Assembly: GCA_012026655.1 (NCBI GenBank)
Contig: JAAILG010000155.1
Span: forward strand, 1-64,000
Source: Hydrolagus affinis
Taxonomy: Eukaryota
Length of the DNA: 64,000 nucleotides
Direction of reading: 5' to 3'
Shown: positions 37,471-51,405 of the stretch, in pieces
Layout: every line of letters begins with the position of its first letter
How positions within the stretch are numbered: the stretch's first letter is position 1
Notes under the pieces: generated by a model
The model's input: only the letters and a program-made list of their open reading frames with translations
Told to the model about the DNA's origin: nothing
Database searches by the model: none
Translations under genes and position numbers: made by a program

Positions 37471-38944
37471 CTTAACCTTCCTCAATACCCAAGATTCCAC
37501 CTTTCCATTACACCGACAAGCAGTCTGTTGAATGACTCCAGCATTCTATTCTCCACAACCCTCTCTGGGGAACCTGTTAAGAGGTTGATTGTGTGATATC
37601 TGCTGTACTTTAAAGGTCCAACAACAACTTGGACTTATTTAATGTAGTTAAACTTCTAAAAGCACTTTACAGAGATGAGTGGGAGCCTGAACAGGATGGG
37701 AGATAGGGTGGTGTAGGAGGGAGGAGACCAAATGCGTAGTCATTGAGGTAGGTTTTTTAGAAGAGATTTAAACATGAAGACCGAGTGCACAAGGCGAAGA
37801 GATTCAGCAAGAATTTGATTAAGTGAGGACAATAAATTAACCACCGAGTTCAACAGCAAATTATGTAACACCTTTCAAGTGAAAAATAAATGTTTTTCCA
37901 GAAATTAAGATTCTGCTTGTAAGGAGACAAAACATGGCAACTAATTTGCACTAGCAAAAACAACAACAAAATTACATTTCTAGAGCGCCTTTCACGTCGG
38001 GAGGACGTCCCAAGGTGCTGAACCTCCACAAACAGCGATGGGATGAAAAGATGCCTGATACAGTGATGTCTGTGGTTGTTCATTGGGACATTGGATGGGG
38101 CCAGGATCTGATTTGCCTGCTTCTATGCTCCTACTCCCACGGCTTAAACATCAAGCCGACATTTGCTGTCAAATCTCAGACATGAAAAACTGGGTACTCG
38201 GGTGAAAAACAGCTTGGAGAAGTGAAAAGGAAATGAAAGGGAAACAAGACATGAATTATCTTAATTCAGTTTGAGCAAAGTGGATTTTAAGACACCAATT
38301 ATTTCACACATTGGAGAGGAGATGAAATAAGTCTAAAATAAGCTGTTGCTTGTAAATTATTCTCAGCTATAAAGTGCTTTGCTGTGTAAATTAGTCAATT
38401 TGATTCCAACAAGCTGCACGGTATCTGTGAGTAATTCCACGCTGTATAGAGAACCATGTACATCTGGCAGGAGTTAAAATACACACAATACTGAACAAAA
38501 AAATAGAGCTAAACAAGTCCCTTTACTCTCCTGAACCTACAATCCTGTAAACATAACCTGGCAGCTGTGGATGCAGGAATACTTGCAAGCAGGCGAGAAA
38601 TGTGACTGGAAGATTGAGCACCTCTGATAACCTCAGCCACATTAAACCCTCCAACTATTGCTTTGCTCACTGACATTAACCAATATTTTGGGCCATCATT
38701 TGGGGCCATACTCAGGGATTGATGTCTGCCCATCTCTCCCCAAAAACAACATTGAGTCCACTTGCTCTTTAGTGTGTTCAGTTTATGATCCTTACTTAGA
38801 TCTTCAAATTCCTTCATGGTCGTAGCCTCCTTACCATTTAAATCTTTTCCCTCCTGTGCCCTGTGCTCTTCTGTCTCTGGTATATTGCTTGTTCCTCCCA
38901 GGGCCACTCTTTGCAGCTTCCCCATAACATTGCAAGCATTGATT

Positions 38945-39430
38945 TACGTAGAATGTGCGGGGTGGAAATAGGTCATTTGGCCCAACCAGTCTTTGCCAGT
39001 GTTTATATTCCATGAGTCTTCACCCACACTTTACTCCCTCCCATATCCTCCTATTCCCTTGTCCTTCGTGTCAATATCTAGCTTTCTCTTGAATGCAGCT
39101 GCACCATCTGATTCAACACCCACTTCTGACAGTGAGCTCCACAATCTCTACCCTATACCTTTTCTATATTTCTATATTCTCTTTTAGATTCCCCCAGTTG
39201 CTTTCTTATACTGGTGTCCCCTAGTTACAGACTCTCAGTAGGAACAGCCTAACCTGATTTAGCTCCTTTAGATTCTGAACACTTTTATTAACTCCCCTCT
39301 TCTGCAGCAAAGAAAAGTCCGACATGTCCAATCTATTCTGAGAGCAGTAACCTGCCTGGCCTGGGTTCATCCTCATGATTTCAACCTACGCTGTACCCTT
39401 CGCATCACTGCTATATCCTTCTTATAATAC
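38945..39430 (-). mobile_element. Old CR1 3' fragment
   Basis: ggtcatttggcccaaccagtc tail; gacagtgagctccacaatctctacc; gtcccctagtt; cctacgctgtacc. Confidence 0.65.
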
Positions 39431-40678
39431 CTTGCTCTATCTTGTCCCAGCTCCAAATCTTCCCTGTTACCATACATTCAACTCTACATCCTCTACTCCC
39501 TGATCTGTTCTCCCTTTTAACTTTGTGGAGCCCTTACTTGTTCATCCAACGTGAAAGGTGCTACATAAGTACAAATCGTGTTACATCTTTGCGTGTATTG
39601 TATGGTGTAACCAAGACCTCAGAAAGTAAAAAGCTTACCTTTTTTTATTAAGAAAATAAAGTCCTTGAAAACAACTGCTTTGCTCACAAAGCAAAATGTT
39701 ATGATATTCCAATACTACAAGTCAAGTATTGAAATCTCCAGGAGCAGAAAAACCTTAATCTAGTCCAGCCACAGAAAAAAAATTATGTACTCTCTCATAC
39801 CAGTGAATCAGTGTCAGCTGCTCATTACTTCCTCCAAGCCCTTTCAGTGCCACTGCTACAGTTAAAGTAATCGTAAACATTTTACAGAGAATAACTGGGA
39901 GCAATTGCAAGTCACTAACACGCCAGGGGGTTCACTCAAGATCATAAACCATGACAATGCAGCTGAAGCAGTTTTATCATCATCACCTGAACCTTGAGAT
40001 GATGCTGTAGACTTTCAATCACTGCCTTTCATCAGCTGTTTAATAACACCTACTTGGGAGCACAGATGGAAGGGGGAGTTATCCAAAAATGGGCCTGCTT
40101 TTTCTATTGTTAATTGAAAGAAGTGATCCACTGATGTGCAATAATAGTGTACTGAAGTACACTTGACATATCAGAGCTTATGATTATAATAATCAATGTA
40201 AGCTTATGGAGAAACAATCAATTGTGTGAGTCTGCGCAGTGAATGTCAGCTTGACTGTTTCACTCTCGAAGTGGATCCTGATCTCACTCTATGTTTGTGT
40301 CAGTCCGTCTCTCTGCTCCTGCTGCACGCAAACCACACACTCCAGAAAGATTCAATCAATAGCGATCAGGAGTGGGGACCTTGACTGACATTGAAGCCAT
40401 TTGTAGCCGTGATTCAGCACAGATTGCAAACCTTCTGGTATGCAATAGTCCAACGTTATATACCATGTTCCTTAACCAAGAGTGGACAGGGTGGGAAAAG
40501 GGAGGTAGTGTCTTATCCACAATAAATGCCAAATCTGGTTGTAACATCACAATTATATTCAAGCTTTGTTCATGCTACCGTTACTCCTAAGCTTTAAGGA
40601 ATGAAGTCTTGTGTTATGAGACTGAACTAAATATTCTGAATTTAGTTTTCTGAACCAAATGAGTTACACAAAATAACC

Positions 40679-41004
40679 TGGGGTCCTGTAGCTCTGGGAG
40701 TCCTGTAGCTCAATGGTTACAGTGCTCGTCCTCCAAGCAAGACATCTGGGTTCAATTCTAGGTAGGGTGAAACTGTGGGCAAGTTTCCTTGCTCCACATG
40801 CCTGATAATAATCCCTCAAAACAATAATAAATTGGTAATCTCAATCCATTACTGTTTGTGAGACACTGCTGTGCGCAATCGGCTGTCACGTTTTGTCCAC
40901 AAATATACACTCAATTCACTTTACAGTATATTCTGTGAAGCACTTTGAGATGCCTAAAAGATGTGAAAAGCGCTACATCAAATACAAGGACCATTATTGT
41001 TATT
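40679..41004 (+). mobile_element. tRNA-Ala-derived SINE with a duplicated 5' start
   Basis: ggggtcctgtagctc-tg-ggagtcctgtagctcaatggtt, then full core and tail. Confidence 0.9.
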
Positions 41005-42492
41005 AAATTGGGGCTAAAGGAATACTTCCTGACATCTATCCTAAAATTGCCCTCAACACATGAACACACATGCTGTGTTCTACTGTAAATTAAAGTATTC
41101 TGTTTTATTTTTGTCTCAATTCTATTATAGAGACATTAATTCTCAAGAGGGAAGAAAGGGCACATACACAATGTTCACTTGCAAACAAACCCATTTCAAG
41201 CACAACTTTAATTTGATAAACATTGTTGCTCAGTTCACAAACTGCTAATTTATTCACTTCCAATGTTCCTTCTAAGGAGCTACCCCCTCCTTACAACCTC
41301 TGCTACAGAGAATATATAGATTTGAATCTGTTTAAATAACTAATGAGCACTGAGGCTGAATGCTGAGGCATAAGCCAAGAGTCACACTGGAGTCTGTCAT
41401 ATCGTGATTGCTATCAACAGCAATTTTACTGTTGAGCCTTTACAAACTCCATTATAACACAATCAGAAAAGGAAATATTTAGCAATCAGCATATTGATGG
41501 ACCTCCAATATAGCTTTTGTCCAGACCCCAATCAGTATCCCGCACCTCGATGCTATTTCATTGTATTGAAAGGCATGGAGAGTGATGCTCATAATCCAGT
41601 GTTTGTCTGGCTACATCCATCGTTAGAATCAATAGGTGCCTTTCCATTCTCACATTACATAATTGGCCTCCACAATCAATTGCTCTGTGAATATTTTATG
41701 AAATTACGACACATCCCTGGCATGCAGCTAAATAGTAGTTGAGTCGTTTCAGCCGACAGTTGAAAATTATCTGGCCTCATTGATGTGTGGATCTGTACCA
41801 TGGTTGTCCACTTGAGGGTTAGTTCAACTGGGACACACCTCGGTGCCTTTTATGGGTCCCTCACAGATAAGTGAGATGTTACATTTGACCCCCTACCCTC
41901 TCTGCCCCCCACTTCTGAACTGGTGTATACTCTGTCAGCACACACCTGAACCAACAGCCCGGCACATTGAGATGATCAGGAATGAGGTCCAACATGGCAC
42001 GAGGAACGTAAACCCAAATAACATTTAAACCTACAGCCAACGTCCTCCCGTCCTCTGGGAGCACTGTCAAAGTATCTTCATTAGCTCTAATGGGAAGGAG
42101 CACAGGTATACACAAGTGAGAATTTGTGCAGATAGTACATTTACCAGAATTGATCATTCATTTTGTAGCTGTTTGTGGGAGCCTGCTGGGTGCAAAGTGC
42201 TTGCCATATTTACCTACAAAATAAAATATTACTTGACGTGGTATGGTGCTCTGAAAGTTAAAAACTTATTTATCTTACAAATGACCTCACTGGATTTGCA
42301 AAGCAGTGCGACCAACCAAGCCTCATTACCATCAAACATTTTCTTGTACAATAGATTCACGTTGAAGTTGTACACAGTCTCCTCATCCCAACGAAGTGCC
42401 TGTCAATTTTGGGCAGAGGAGCAACCAACCAGTGAATTTCAATGAGCCTGAGGCAGGTGCACAAGGAAACTCATCATTCTGCAGTACAGGCA

Positions 42493-42870
42493 CAACAACA
42501 ACAACAAAATGACACTTGTATAGCACCTTTCACGTCCGGAGGAAGTCTCAAGGCGCTGGACAGTCATTGTTTCAGAGCCAAGCTGGGGTCGGATATGTGA
42601 AGGGTGGAGGGAAATGGGGGGATTTGGGGGGACCGTCGAAGAGGAGGGTCTTGAGGTGGGACTTGAATGAGGCTATGGGAGGGGGCGAGGGGGAACGACT
42701 GCAGGATGGAGTTCCAGAGATTAGGGGCAGAGTGGCTGAAGGCTCGCCCGCCAATATTGGGCGGGTGGGTCAGGGGACATGAAGCAGGCTGGAGCCTGCT
42801 GAGCGGAGGGGGCAGGCAAGTTGGTAGTGGGAGGAGGTCACAGAGGGTGAGGCGAGGCCATGGCGGGCTG
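42493..42870 (-). mobile_element. L2 LINE 3' end
   Basis: (aac)n tail; ORF 42572-42754 ASFKSHLKTLLF. Confidence 0.85.
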
Positions 42871-43419
42871 TCAGATCACATCCTGTTAGGTCATGATTCT
42901 GTTGTTCAGAATTGGATCCAAGGGGAAAGCTAACTGAAGCAAGATCGGAACTGCGCTGACATGTATATCAGATCAGATGTGCACACACAGTTTATGGAGT
43001 ACCAATTCAGATCACTTAAAATAACAACTAATTGCATTTCTATAGTGCCTTTCAAGTCAGGAACACGTCCCAAGGAATATAAGATATTTCTTATATCAAG
43101 AAATAAACCCGAGGGCGAGCCTAATGAGAGGGTACAAATTTGTGGTCATGTCTAGAAGAATTAATAGAGAGGTTCAAGAACAATTCTTCAAACAAAGGGC
43201 ATTTGATAGGCTGAAACTCCCTTCCATATACCAATCTTGAAGTAGGATCCTGTAGAAGTTATTTGAAATGAGAATTGGACAGTTGATTGGAAAAGTGGGA
43301 AATTAAGGGATGTACACATAATGAGCAGGGGTGTGGGTTTTACTCCCAAAAGGGTAATTGAAACAGTTTCTTCCAATGGCATTGTGGGTGATGGCATAAA
43401 ACAGAGCAGTAATGGCCAT

Positions 43420-43660
43420 AGTCACCAGGGGTTCACAGGCTTGAATGTGGTCTGTGTTGCGTTAGTTGATATTAGGTGAGGCAGCCGGGTGGATTTGGTG
43501 CTCTACAATTAGTCTCACTACTGCTGGATTAAGGAGTGAAATAATTAGCCAGGGTATTCACTCCTGATCAGCATCCCCCCACCAATAAGATATACATGTG
43601 AACATAAGGCAACGGCAGGTGGAGTTTGGCTCTGATGGTTCTCATAATCCAATTGTTGAG
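43420..43660 (+). mobile_element. LF-SINE-like relic (5' half)
   Basis: ggtctgtgttgcgttagttgat..ctacaattagtctca..attagccagggtattcactcctgatc matches recalled LF-SINE GGTCTGTGCTGAGTTAGCTGAT..CTACAATTGGCCTCA..ATCAGCCAGGGTTCCCGCTCCTGATC. Confidence 0.65.
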
Positions 43661-45964
43661 GCTCATGCATTCAAATTGACCACTTGTAATCCAGACGATC
43701 AAACAAGGGGAGAGAAGGGAGTAGAGGTGTTTTACAAGCCCATTGCTACCTATGAGATACTGGGATTTGAAAATTAAGGTAAGAATATAATGCTTCACCA
43801 AATAAAAGAGAATTGTACTTGCACTTTCAGCAAACGAGCTCCATAGGATCGACAGTGAGAAAATCTCAGCGCTAAAGTGCATCATTATTTCTCTGGTTGT
43901 ATAAGCACTCAGACAAAAGCCTGAAGTGAGGAGAGCAGAAAGTGGTACTCACTGATATTCAGTGACAATGCTGCCTCTCTGTTCTTGTAAATCATTTATG
44001 AAAGTGTTGCTAATTGAAAACTACAGGAACCACTTCACTTCCTCATCTGACAAAGCGGACATTTGATTGATCAGTTCCAATTGGTTCTCTGGAATGGCAA
44101 CACTTCCGGCTCCAAACACTGGCTCTACGAGCAAATGTGAGGAAATTGAACCAGATTTTAAAGGTAGAATTCCCTGCTTATTAAAATTTCTCACAAAATA
44201 CACAGTCAATCCACTTTACAGCATAGTCAGTGAAGCGATTTGAAACATCTCAATGACGTGATTAGATGCTATGTCAAATGCAAGTATTATTATAATAAAT
44301 TAATGGAACTTTGGACATATGGTTTATATTTTGTTTGGCAAGTGATTCCCACTCCTCCACCACCCCCCCACCCCCACTTCCAATGTACTGTACTATGTAC
44401 TGCGATGTTGCCCAGATTACTGAATACTGGATGTCCTGAGTATAAATTAAGGTGCATGTGAAACAGCAACGGATTTCTGGCTGAATAATTAGTGTATTTT
44501 GGGGATCTGGAGGAACATTGGACAAGGCATTGGTGGGCTAAAGTGGTGTTGTGTGGATTATAGCGATGAGACATGAAATTGTATTGACCAAAGTCTTGTC
44601 TATCTACTCTTCATTTGGATCTTAAAGATCCAATGATACTTGTGGAAAAGATGATAAAGTATCTCTTGCTCCCCAGGCCAGCAATCTCACAGATAAATTG
44701 ATCAGTCACCTTAATTAGCTATTGTGGTACAGTACTTTGTTGTGCGCTAAACGGTTCCTGCATTTGCCTACAAAAAGCCACGCGACAGTAGGTTGCAGAC
44801 ACATATGTTCTCCCCATAGACACAAAGAATGGTCACTGAGACAAGTTGCATTTTAAAAGGCGCCTTATTAAGTCGTTGAGACGTCTCAAAGTGCTTGCCA
44901 AAAGTGGATTGACTGTGTACTTTGAGGGCGGTATGCGGCAGCCAATAGCTCATGGCAATATCCTAAACTGAAGACCTTCCTCTTTGACTGTACGTACGGT
45001 CTCCTTGGCAACAGGCTACACTCATGTTAATCGCTCCAAGATGCTGCCCCAAGTGAAGGGCGTTATATAAATGCACGTTGTTGTTGTTATTATTGTCAAG
45101 GTGCATCTATGAGTGCAAGCTATTCATAATAAGCTACAGTGAGGGGAAACAACGTTGAAATAGTTGGAGTGAGACTCATTCCTGCAGGAGGAAAAGAAAA
45201 TGGGACACCAGATGGGAAGGAAAATGCCTGTCCTCCACATGTCCTCTGAAGCCAGAAAACTCAAAACCTCAAATAAATGCCTGAAGCTAACATTAATTAT
45301 CCATTGAGCCATCACCAACAAAGGCAGCCACGGTTTCTTGATGCAAACAAGCCTTTGCCTCTCTGTATTAAGTTAAGAATCATAATAATAATAATAATGA
45401 TGATACAGCATCTAAAACATCATAACATCTCAAAACACTTCACGGACACAAAACCATTGTCTATTTGTAGGAACGTACGACATACATGTTGTACATGGCA
45501 GGTTCTATGAACAGCCATAAACTAAACAACCAATTTATCTGGAGGATTGGTGTCCAGGAAAATCTACCTTCTCTGTTGCAATAGTATTGCATGACGTTTA
45601 ACATCTCAGTCAACATGCAGATAGATACTTGGTTTCTCAATCACAGGTAGCTGCCTACTCCCTGAATTCCATCCCTCTACAGAGCACATACAGTTGTTTC
45701 TTGTTGAGTCCATTTATACAAGCTGCTTCAATGTCCTATTCTCATAACATTGTTTACAGGTTCACATGTTCGTTGTTCAGAAAATTTCTACCTGACTTTC
45801 CTTTTGAATATTCTACTGTCTAACGAATGTTTCTGTGCTGCTTCAGACTTTCCGGAGGGAATAATGTATTCGGAACATCCTCGTCAATCAACAGTGACAA
45901 CTTTTGTACTTGAAAACTCAATCTGCTACATAGGTTGATGTAGGTTAATGTCGCAAAACATTTC

Positions 45965-46270
45965 TAAAGATGGTGGGGAGCACAGAGCAGCAAGAAAATC
46001 AGTTGGAAATGTGCCCAAACCAAGGTTAAAGATAAGTTATTAAGGCGAGTATTGAAGGCAGGGAGAGAAAGTGCAGGGTGAGGAATTTGGGGAGATAATT
46101 CCAGAGAACATGGCCAGAGACTGAAAACCTGGCCACTGTGGATGAAGAACAAGCAATTGATCTGAATTGGGAGAAATAGTCCCTGTCCCCAGCAGAATGG
46201 AGCTGGAGGAGATTGACGTGAAAGAGGAGGAAGAGATTTGAAGGTCAGGACCAACATCTTCAAAGTCAAT
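45965..46270 (-). mobile_element. L2 LINE 3' fragment
   Basis: ORF 45964-46269 LKMLVLTFKSL..AFNTRL. Confidence 0.7.
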
Positions 46271-47004
46271 CCCCTTCATAATGTTAAACATTTCTTTCAA
46301 ATCAGTTTGCTGTGTCTATTCCAAACAGAACAAGTCCCCACTTCCTTGTCACGTAGATTCCTGAAACTCAGTTTAATTAAATAGTTCTCAGATAGACATT
46401 AGACTGAACCGAAGGCTGTGTGTTCTGGGCACACCATATTGTTTAACAAATGCACCCGGTTTGACCAATTACTGTGTGCAATAGGTAAGCTCCCTTGTGG
46501 ATCACACTCTATTAATACAGCTGGTGTGCAGAGGACTGAGATGTATATTAAATTCAAACCATAGGCTACAAATCCCATTTTCAGATTCAGAGAAATGTTC
46601 TAAACTAAAACGGTGGCGTTTTGCCCGGTTTTCAGGCATGGGGAGATGGCAGCCATTCTTTGCAGCTTCTGCTGGCACCTGTTCCTCTCATTAACTTTTC
46701 ATGATGCCCGATTAATGTTCAGTAATCTCTCTGTGTTATTCATGAACCGTGAGCCGCAAAGCAAAGAAGAGAGAATGAAGCTCGCCTCCCTTGGGTGTCA
46801 GAAACAATACACAGAAAGACGTCAATAGAGACGCTACAAGGGAATTCCTTTACGATCAAAAAGTCGGAATTGTTTCATCTGATTTTGCTTTACTTTTTAG
46901 TGTAGATTTTTTGATGAAGGTTGAAATTAAAGCCAGTCAAAACAATGACTTGCACTTATATTTCACCTTCCACATTTGCTGCATGTTGCAAAGTATCTCA
47001 CTGT

Positions 47005-47300
47005 AACAACAACAACAAAATTAAACTGGTTTAGTATGTTTCACATCAGCAGGACGTCCCAAGGCGCTGGGCAGTCAGGGATTTGGATGCGAATTGGGGG
47101 TTGGGATCAGCAGGTGGAGGCCATGGAGGGTAGGGGTAAGAGGAAGGAGGGTGACCAAAGGTGCAATCGAAGAGGAGGGTCTTTAGACAGACCTTGAAGG
47201 AGGCATGGGAAGGGGGAGGTGAAGGGACTGTTATATGGAGTTCCAAAGGGTGGGGGCAGAGAGGCTGAAGACCCTTTACAACCCGGATCACCAGCAGTGT
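47005..47300 (-). mobile_element. L2 LINE 3' end
   Basis: (aac)n tail, ggacgtcccaaggcgctg, ASFKVCLKTLLF. Confidence 0.8.
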
Positions 47301-48889
47301 GCGCGCATGTGTGTATGGGAGTGGGGTTGGAAATGAGAGTATTGGTGAGAGTCATGGCCAAGGAGCAGGTTTTAAGAAAGATTGGAAGACAGTCACATGC
47401 CTGAAGGATTTACCGAGCTCTGAGGGAATTTGCGAGGGAGTTGAATTGACATGCACAGAGTTGATTTAATTTCAAGGGAAGTCATGCATTGAATATTATC
47501 TGCAATTTTTTTTCCATCAGTGCAGTTATTTTGAAAGTAGAACCACATTACCAGCCTTTGCTTTGTACGTTAAGTGAATAATTACACAGTATTTACCGGA
47601 GATGCAGCTGCCTGTATGATCGGCTCCACAAAAAACTCAAGCAAAACGTGTAATTAAAATATCTCAAGCATCTTCAAGCTGCCAGTTAAAATTATGCAAC
47701 AAATTATTTAATTGCATGCCCTCCATGAGTAATTGTGTCTTTATTCACTCACCAATTAGTCTTTTTTTTTTGCGTGTGGGGGCAAAATAAAATTCAACTT
47801 TTTCCTTGGCTGAGTTATTGCTTATGAAGTGTTTCCAATGAGACGCCTACTTAGGTAAGGAACAGTGCCTAGAAGTTGCAATCAGAACTGGGTGTCCAAC
47901 AAACAACCTACAAAACCAGATCCTGTTGTTGTTGCTGCTACATAAGTTGTTATGGTCTGGAATGCATTGTCTGATGGGTGGTGGAAGCAGATTCAATGAT
48001 AACTTTCAGGATGAAATTGTATATGTATGTATATATATATGGCTAATGAGATCGGAAAGCCATAACATCCGACTAAGTGTGGCTTGGTCTAATTCAGTGA
48101 TGGGAGAGGACTGGCAGGCAGAGGAAAGTATTCTGCCAACAAAGTGTTTATGTACAAATCTTTCCAATGTGTGAGTGTACGCCTCTAGATATAATGAGAA
48201 AAGATTTTCCATGGATTCCCTCCCCCCTTAGCTCATTAATTTAATTGGCATTTCAGGCACAACGGGGAGAAAGGGAAGAGTTTCTGCAGTTTTAACGCGA
48301 CCGGTCCCAATTGGACTGGACCGTCCCACCCATAGCAAATACTCTGCAATTCAACAATAACAACAAATTATATTTGTACAGCTCCTACCACTTTGGGAGG
48401 ACATCCCAAGGTGCTGGACAATCAGGAAATTGGACCCGAGCTGGGGTTTGGGATCGTGAAGGGTGGAGGGCAGGGAGAGTAGGGTCTTGAGGGCCTCAGA
48501 GGATGCTAGGGAAGGGAGCGAGGCAAAGGAACTGTGGGGTGAATTCACCAGCCATGGATGTTTCATGAATGAATGGGATTATACAGACAGTTGCCAGCGA
48601 TAAAATTTGGAAAACGAATGTAGTCAATGATTAGACAATCACAGTCAGCCACACCAGGATGATTTAGCCAACCTGATCCTGACTGTTTCAAGTTGGTTCA
48701 ATCTCTCCCCTCTCAGTTCCAGCCCATTGTCCACTCATCTCTAAAATCATCCAGGAACCCCAGGGAGTCCTGCAATCTTAAACACAATCTCAATTTGAAT
48801 ACTGATTATTTTCTTTTAATGAGATGAAAATAAAGAGCATGAGAATTAAGCAAATTTCAAAATTCTGCTTAATCTGCTGCCACATATAC

Positions 48890-49230
48890 AATTGAATAGG
48901 CCTTTCTACCTATTGGCAATTGCGATGCAAAAACTCTGGTGCATATTAAAGAGGTCGTTGCATGTGTAGAGCAACTTTTGACAAAGGAAAGCTTGGATTT
49001 TCTCAGTGACTGAGTGTAATATAAAGCAGTTTACATTCGTGCAGTGAAGTGCAATAGCTGCGGCAGAAAGGCACGTTAGCCCTTGGCCTAAGGGGTTCAT
49101 AGATCTATCACTGCAAATTCACTCATTAAAAAGTGATATGTTGCAAACGGATTCATTAACAATAAATTGTGAAGCAATCAATGATCAATTACTTTCATCA
49201 TGAAGTGATCAATAGGGAAGTATCAAACTG
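48890..49230. promoter_or_regulatory. Candidate conserved non-coding element
   Basis: Repeat-free; dense ATTA, ATCAAT and AACAAT motifs (attcattaacaataaattg, aatcaatgatcaattac). Confidence 0.25.
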
Positions 49231-49598
49231 CAGCACTGGGACAATGGCACTGTGGTCCAGGTAAAGTAGATACAACAGAACGAAGATCGCAAGAAAGTTT
49301 GGGATGAAGGAGGCTCTTTAGTCTTTTGATACACCCCTCTTTACAATAAATCCTGTAAAGCGCTTTGAGACGTCCCACTGACATGTCATATGCAAGGATT
49401 GTTATTATTGATCATCTCCCAGAATATCCGCCCAACATGGCACTGGGTTAAGGTGCCTTACACAACCCGAGGCCTTGGTCTCAATACTATCTCTCGTAAT
49501 TTGCTCCCATTGCTAATTACTTTCGGTACAAAGAAACACTTGCTGCTGCTGTCTGTCGCCCTTTGGACCCTGTTTCTGTCCATCTGCCTTTGCATGTA

Positions 49599-49874
49599 CA
49601 GGTATCCCTCCCCAACCGCGGGGGATACGTTCCTGTAAACCTTCGTGGTTGGAAAAATCGCAGTTGGAAAATGCAGGGCCCTGTGGGAAACACGGGGATA
49701 CGGGGAGTAAGTTTGAATGCGGTTCCTTGTTTGGAGGAGTGAAACTTGAAAATTTAAACGCGCGGATTTAAATCGCGGATGCGCAAAACGCGGTTTGCGA
49801 GGGTTGTTGCATTAGCAAACCGTGGATGCGTGAGTTTCGTGGTTGGCAAGGCCACGGTTGAGGCGGGATACCTG
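49599..49874. mobile_element. Tc1/mariner-superfamily (Tigger/pogo-type) MITE
   Basis: TA|CAGGTATCCCTCCCCAACCGCGG ... CCACGGTTGAGGCGGGATACCTG|TA; 23-bp TIRs match 20/23; TA target duplication; 276 bp; no ORF. Confidence 0.9.
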
Positions 49875-50547
49875 TATAATATTTTTTCTATGTATAGTTT
49901 ATTTGTTTAAGGATATTATATTGTACATCTCTGTAAGGTTCTCTCCTGCTGCAACTCTTTTGACATGTCTCTTACTGTTCTGTATGGATAATCCCCCCCG
50001 AACTTTCGTCATCACTGCCTCTGGGACCTGCGGAGATCCCTTATGTTACAATGAGCAGTAATGTACTGAGCACTAACTGTGGCCTGAGCGCAGCATTTGT
50101 ACAGCTCAAGATTGAACCGGGGGAGTGCTTGCAAGATTGTAAATTTAAAATCAGAAGAGCAAGGTTAGAGTGATTTGTGACATCAGGACGGACACTAAGA
50201 ATAGATTATAACCTTCAAATCACTGCTCAGTAAATGCAGCTCGTTCAAATTACACTGCCAGCGGGGCTGTTAGCAATCGGATTCTGGCCATTGTGCTCAA
50301 TGCCTTGATGCCCTGATGATACTCACAAGCCATCGCAAGTCAACTCTACAACTTCATCAGGAAACATATGCTGATATGGGAAACAATCCTCCCATTAGAA
50401 GCAACCATTTCAATGCAACACTTCTAATGCAGAAATCACCAGTACCTACGGGGCTTTTTAATCAGCTTGCGTGTTGAGAGTCCTAAAAGTTCAGCCAGAC
50501 TTCCATTTACATCCAAACACTTGCATATTCACCTCCCACTGAACTCT

Positions 50548-50593
50548 CAGTCAATCAGTCAGTCAGTCAGTCAGTCAGTCAATCAATCAATCA
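50548..50593. repeat. (AGTC/AATC)n microsatellite
   Basis: cagtcagtc..aatcaatc seen directly. Confidence 0.9.
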
Positions 50594-51059
50594 GCGGAGG
50601 TGATGCCTGACTCCTAGCTCTAGCCTCACAAACAATGTATACCCAGGTATCAAAGGCAGTTCAGAGAAACCCGGGTATCGTATCCATTGTTATACAATAG
50701 CCAGAAGTGGTCTCCCCTCCTGCTATCACTGTGACAATGGTTTGGTGAGTAAGCCACACAGGCTAGGAAATCCCTGAATCAATTCTGAAGTTAATCGGCT
50801 TCTCAGAGCAGTGCTTCGCACCACTCTACCACCCCTTTGCAAGCACATAGACGTTACAAAGACTGATTCAACAGAATCCTTCAAACGTGAGTCTGTTAAT
50901 CCCAAGAGAGGTCAAATATTAAAGGATGTGGGGAAAGAACTGGAAAGTGGGATAAATATAAAAGGGTGACTTAGGAAGATAAACAATGTTAGAGACACTA
51001 GGGGCCTAATGGCCTCCATCTGTGTTGAAAATGTGTTTCTATTCAATATTCTGGGGCAC

Positions 51060-51405
51060 AAAACCTCATCAGCAGCTCTTCCGTGTCTACCATCAAGTGG
51101 AAGGTGGCTGCCCGCCACACCGCCCCATCATCCCACTCTCCACTGTATCCTTCTCCGTCCCTCACCTCCTTCAAACCTGACCTCAAGGCCCTCCGCTTTG
51201 ACCGTGCTTTCGATCAGCCTCCTTCCCCCTTTGCCCACCACTCTCCCCAATCCATACCCCCAGCTTGAGTCCGGAATACTGTTGGCCCAGTGTCTTGCGC
51301 CATCCTCCAGACGTGAAAGGCGCGATACAAATGCAATTTTGTTTTGTTGTATCAATGATGTACGAAGGCGCAATATCAAATGCAAGGATTATTATTATTA
51401 TTATC
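51060..51405 (+). mobile_element. L2 3' end followed by a solo SINE tail
   Basis: TSFKPDLKALRF; gtgaaaggcgcgatacaaatgcaatttt(gtt); then aaatgcaaggatt(att)n. Confidence 0.75.
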
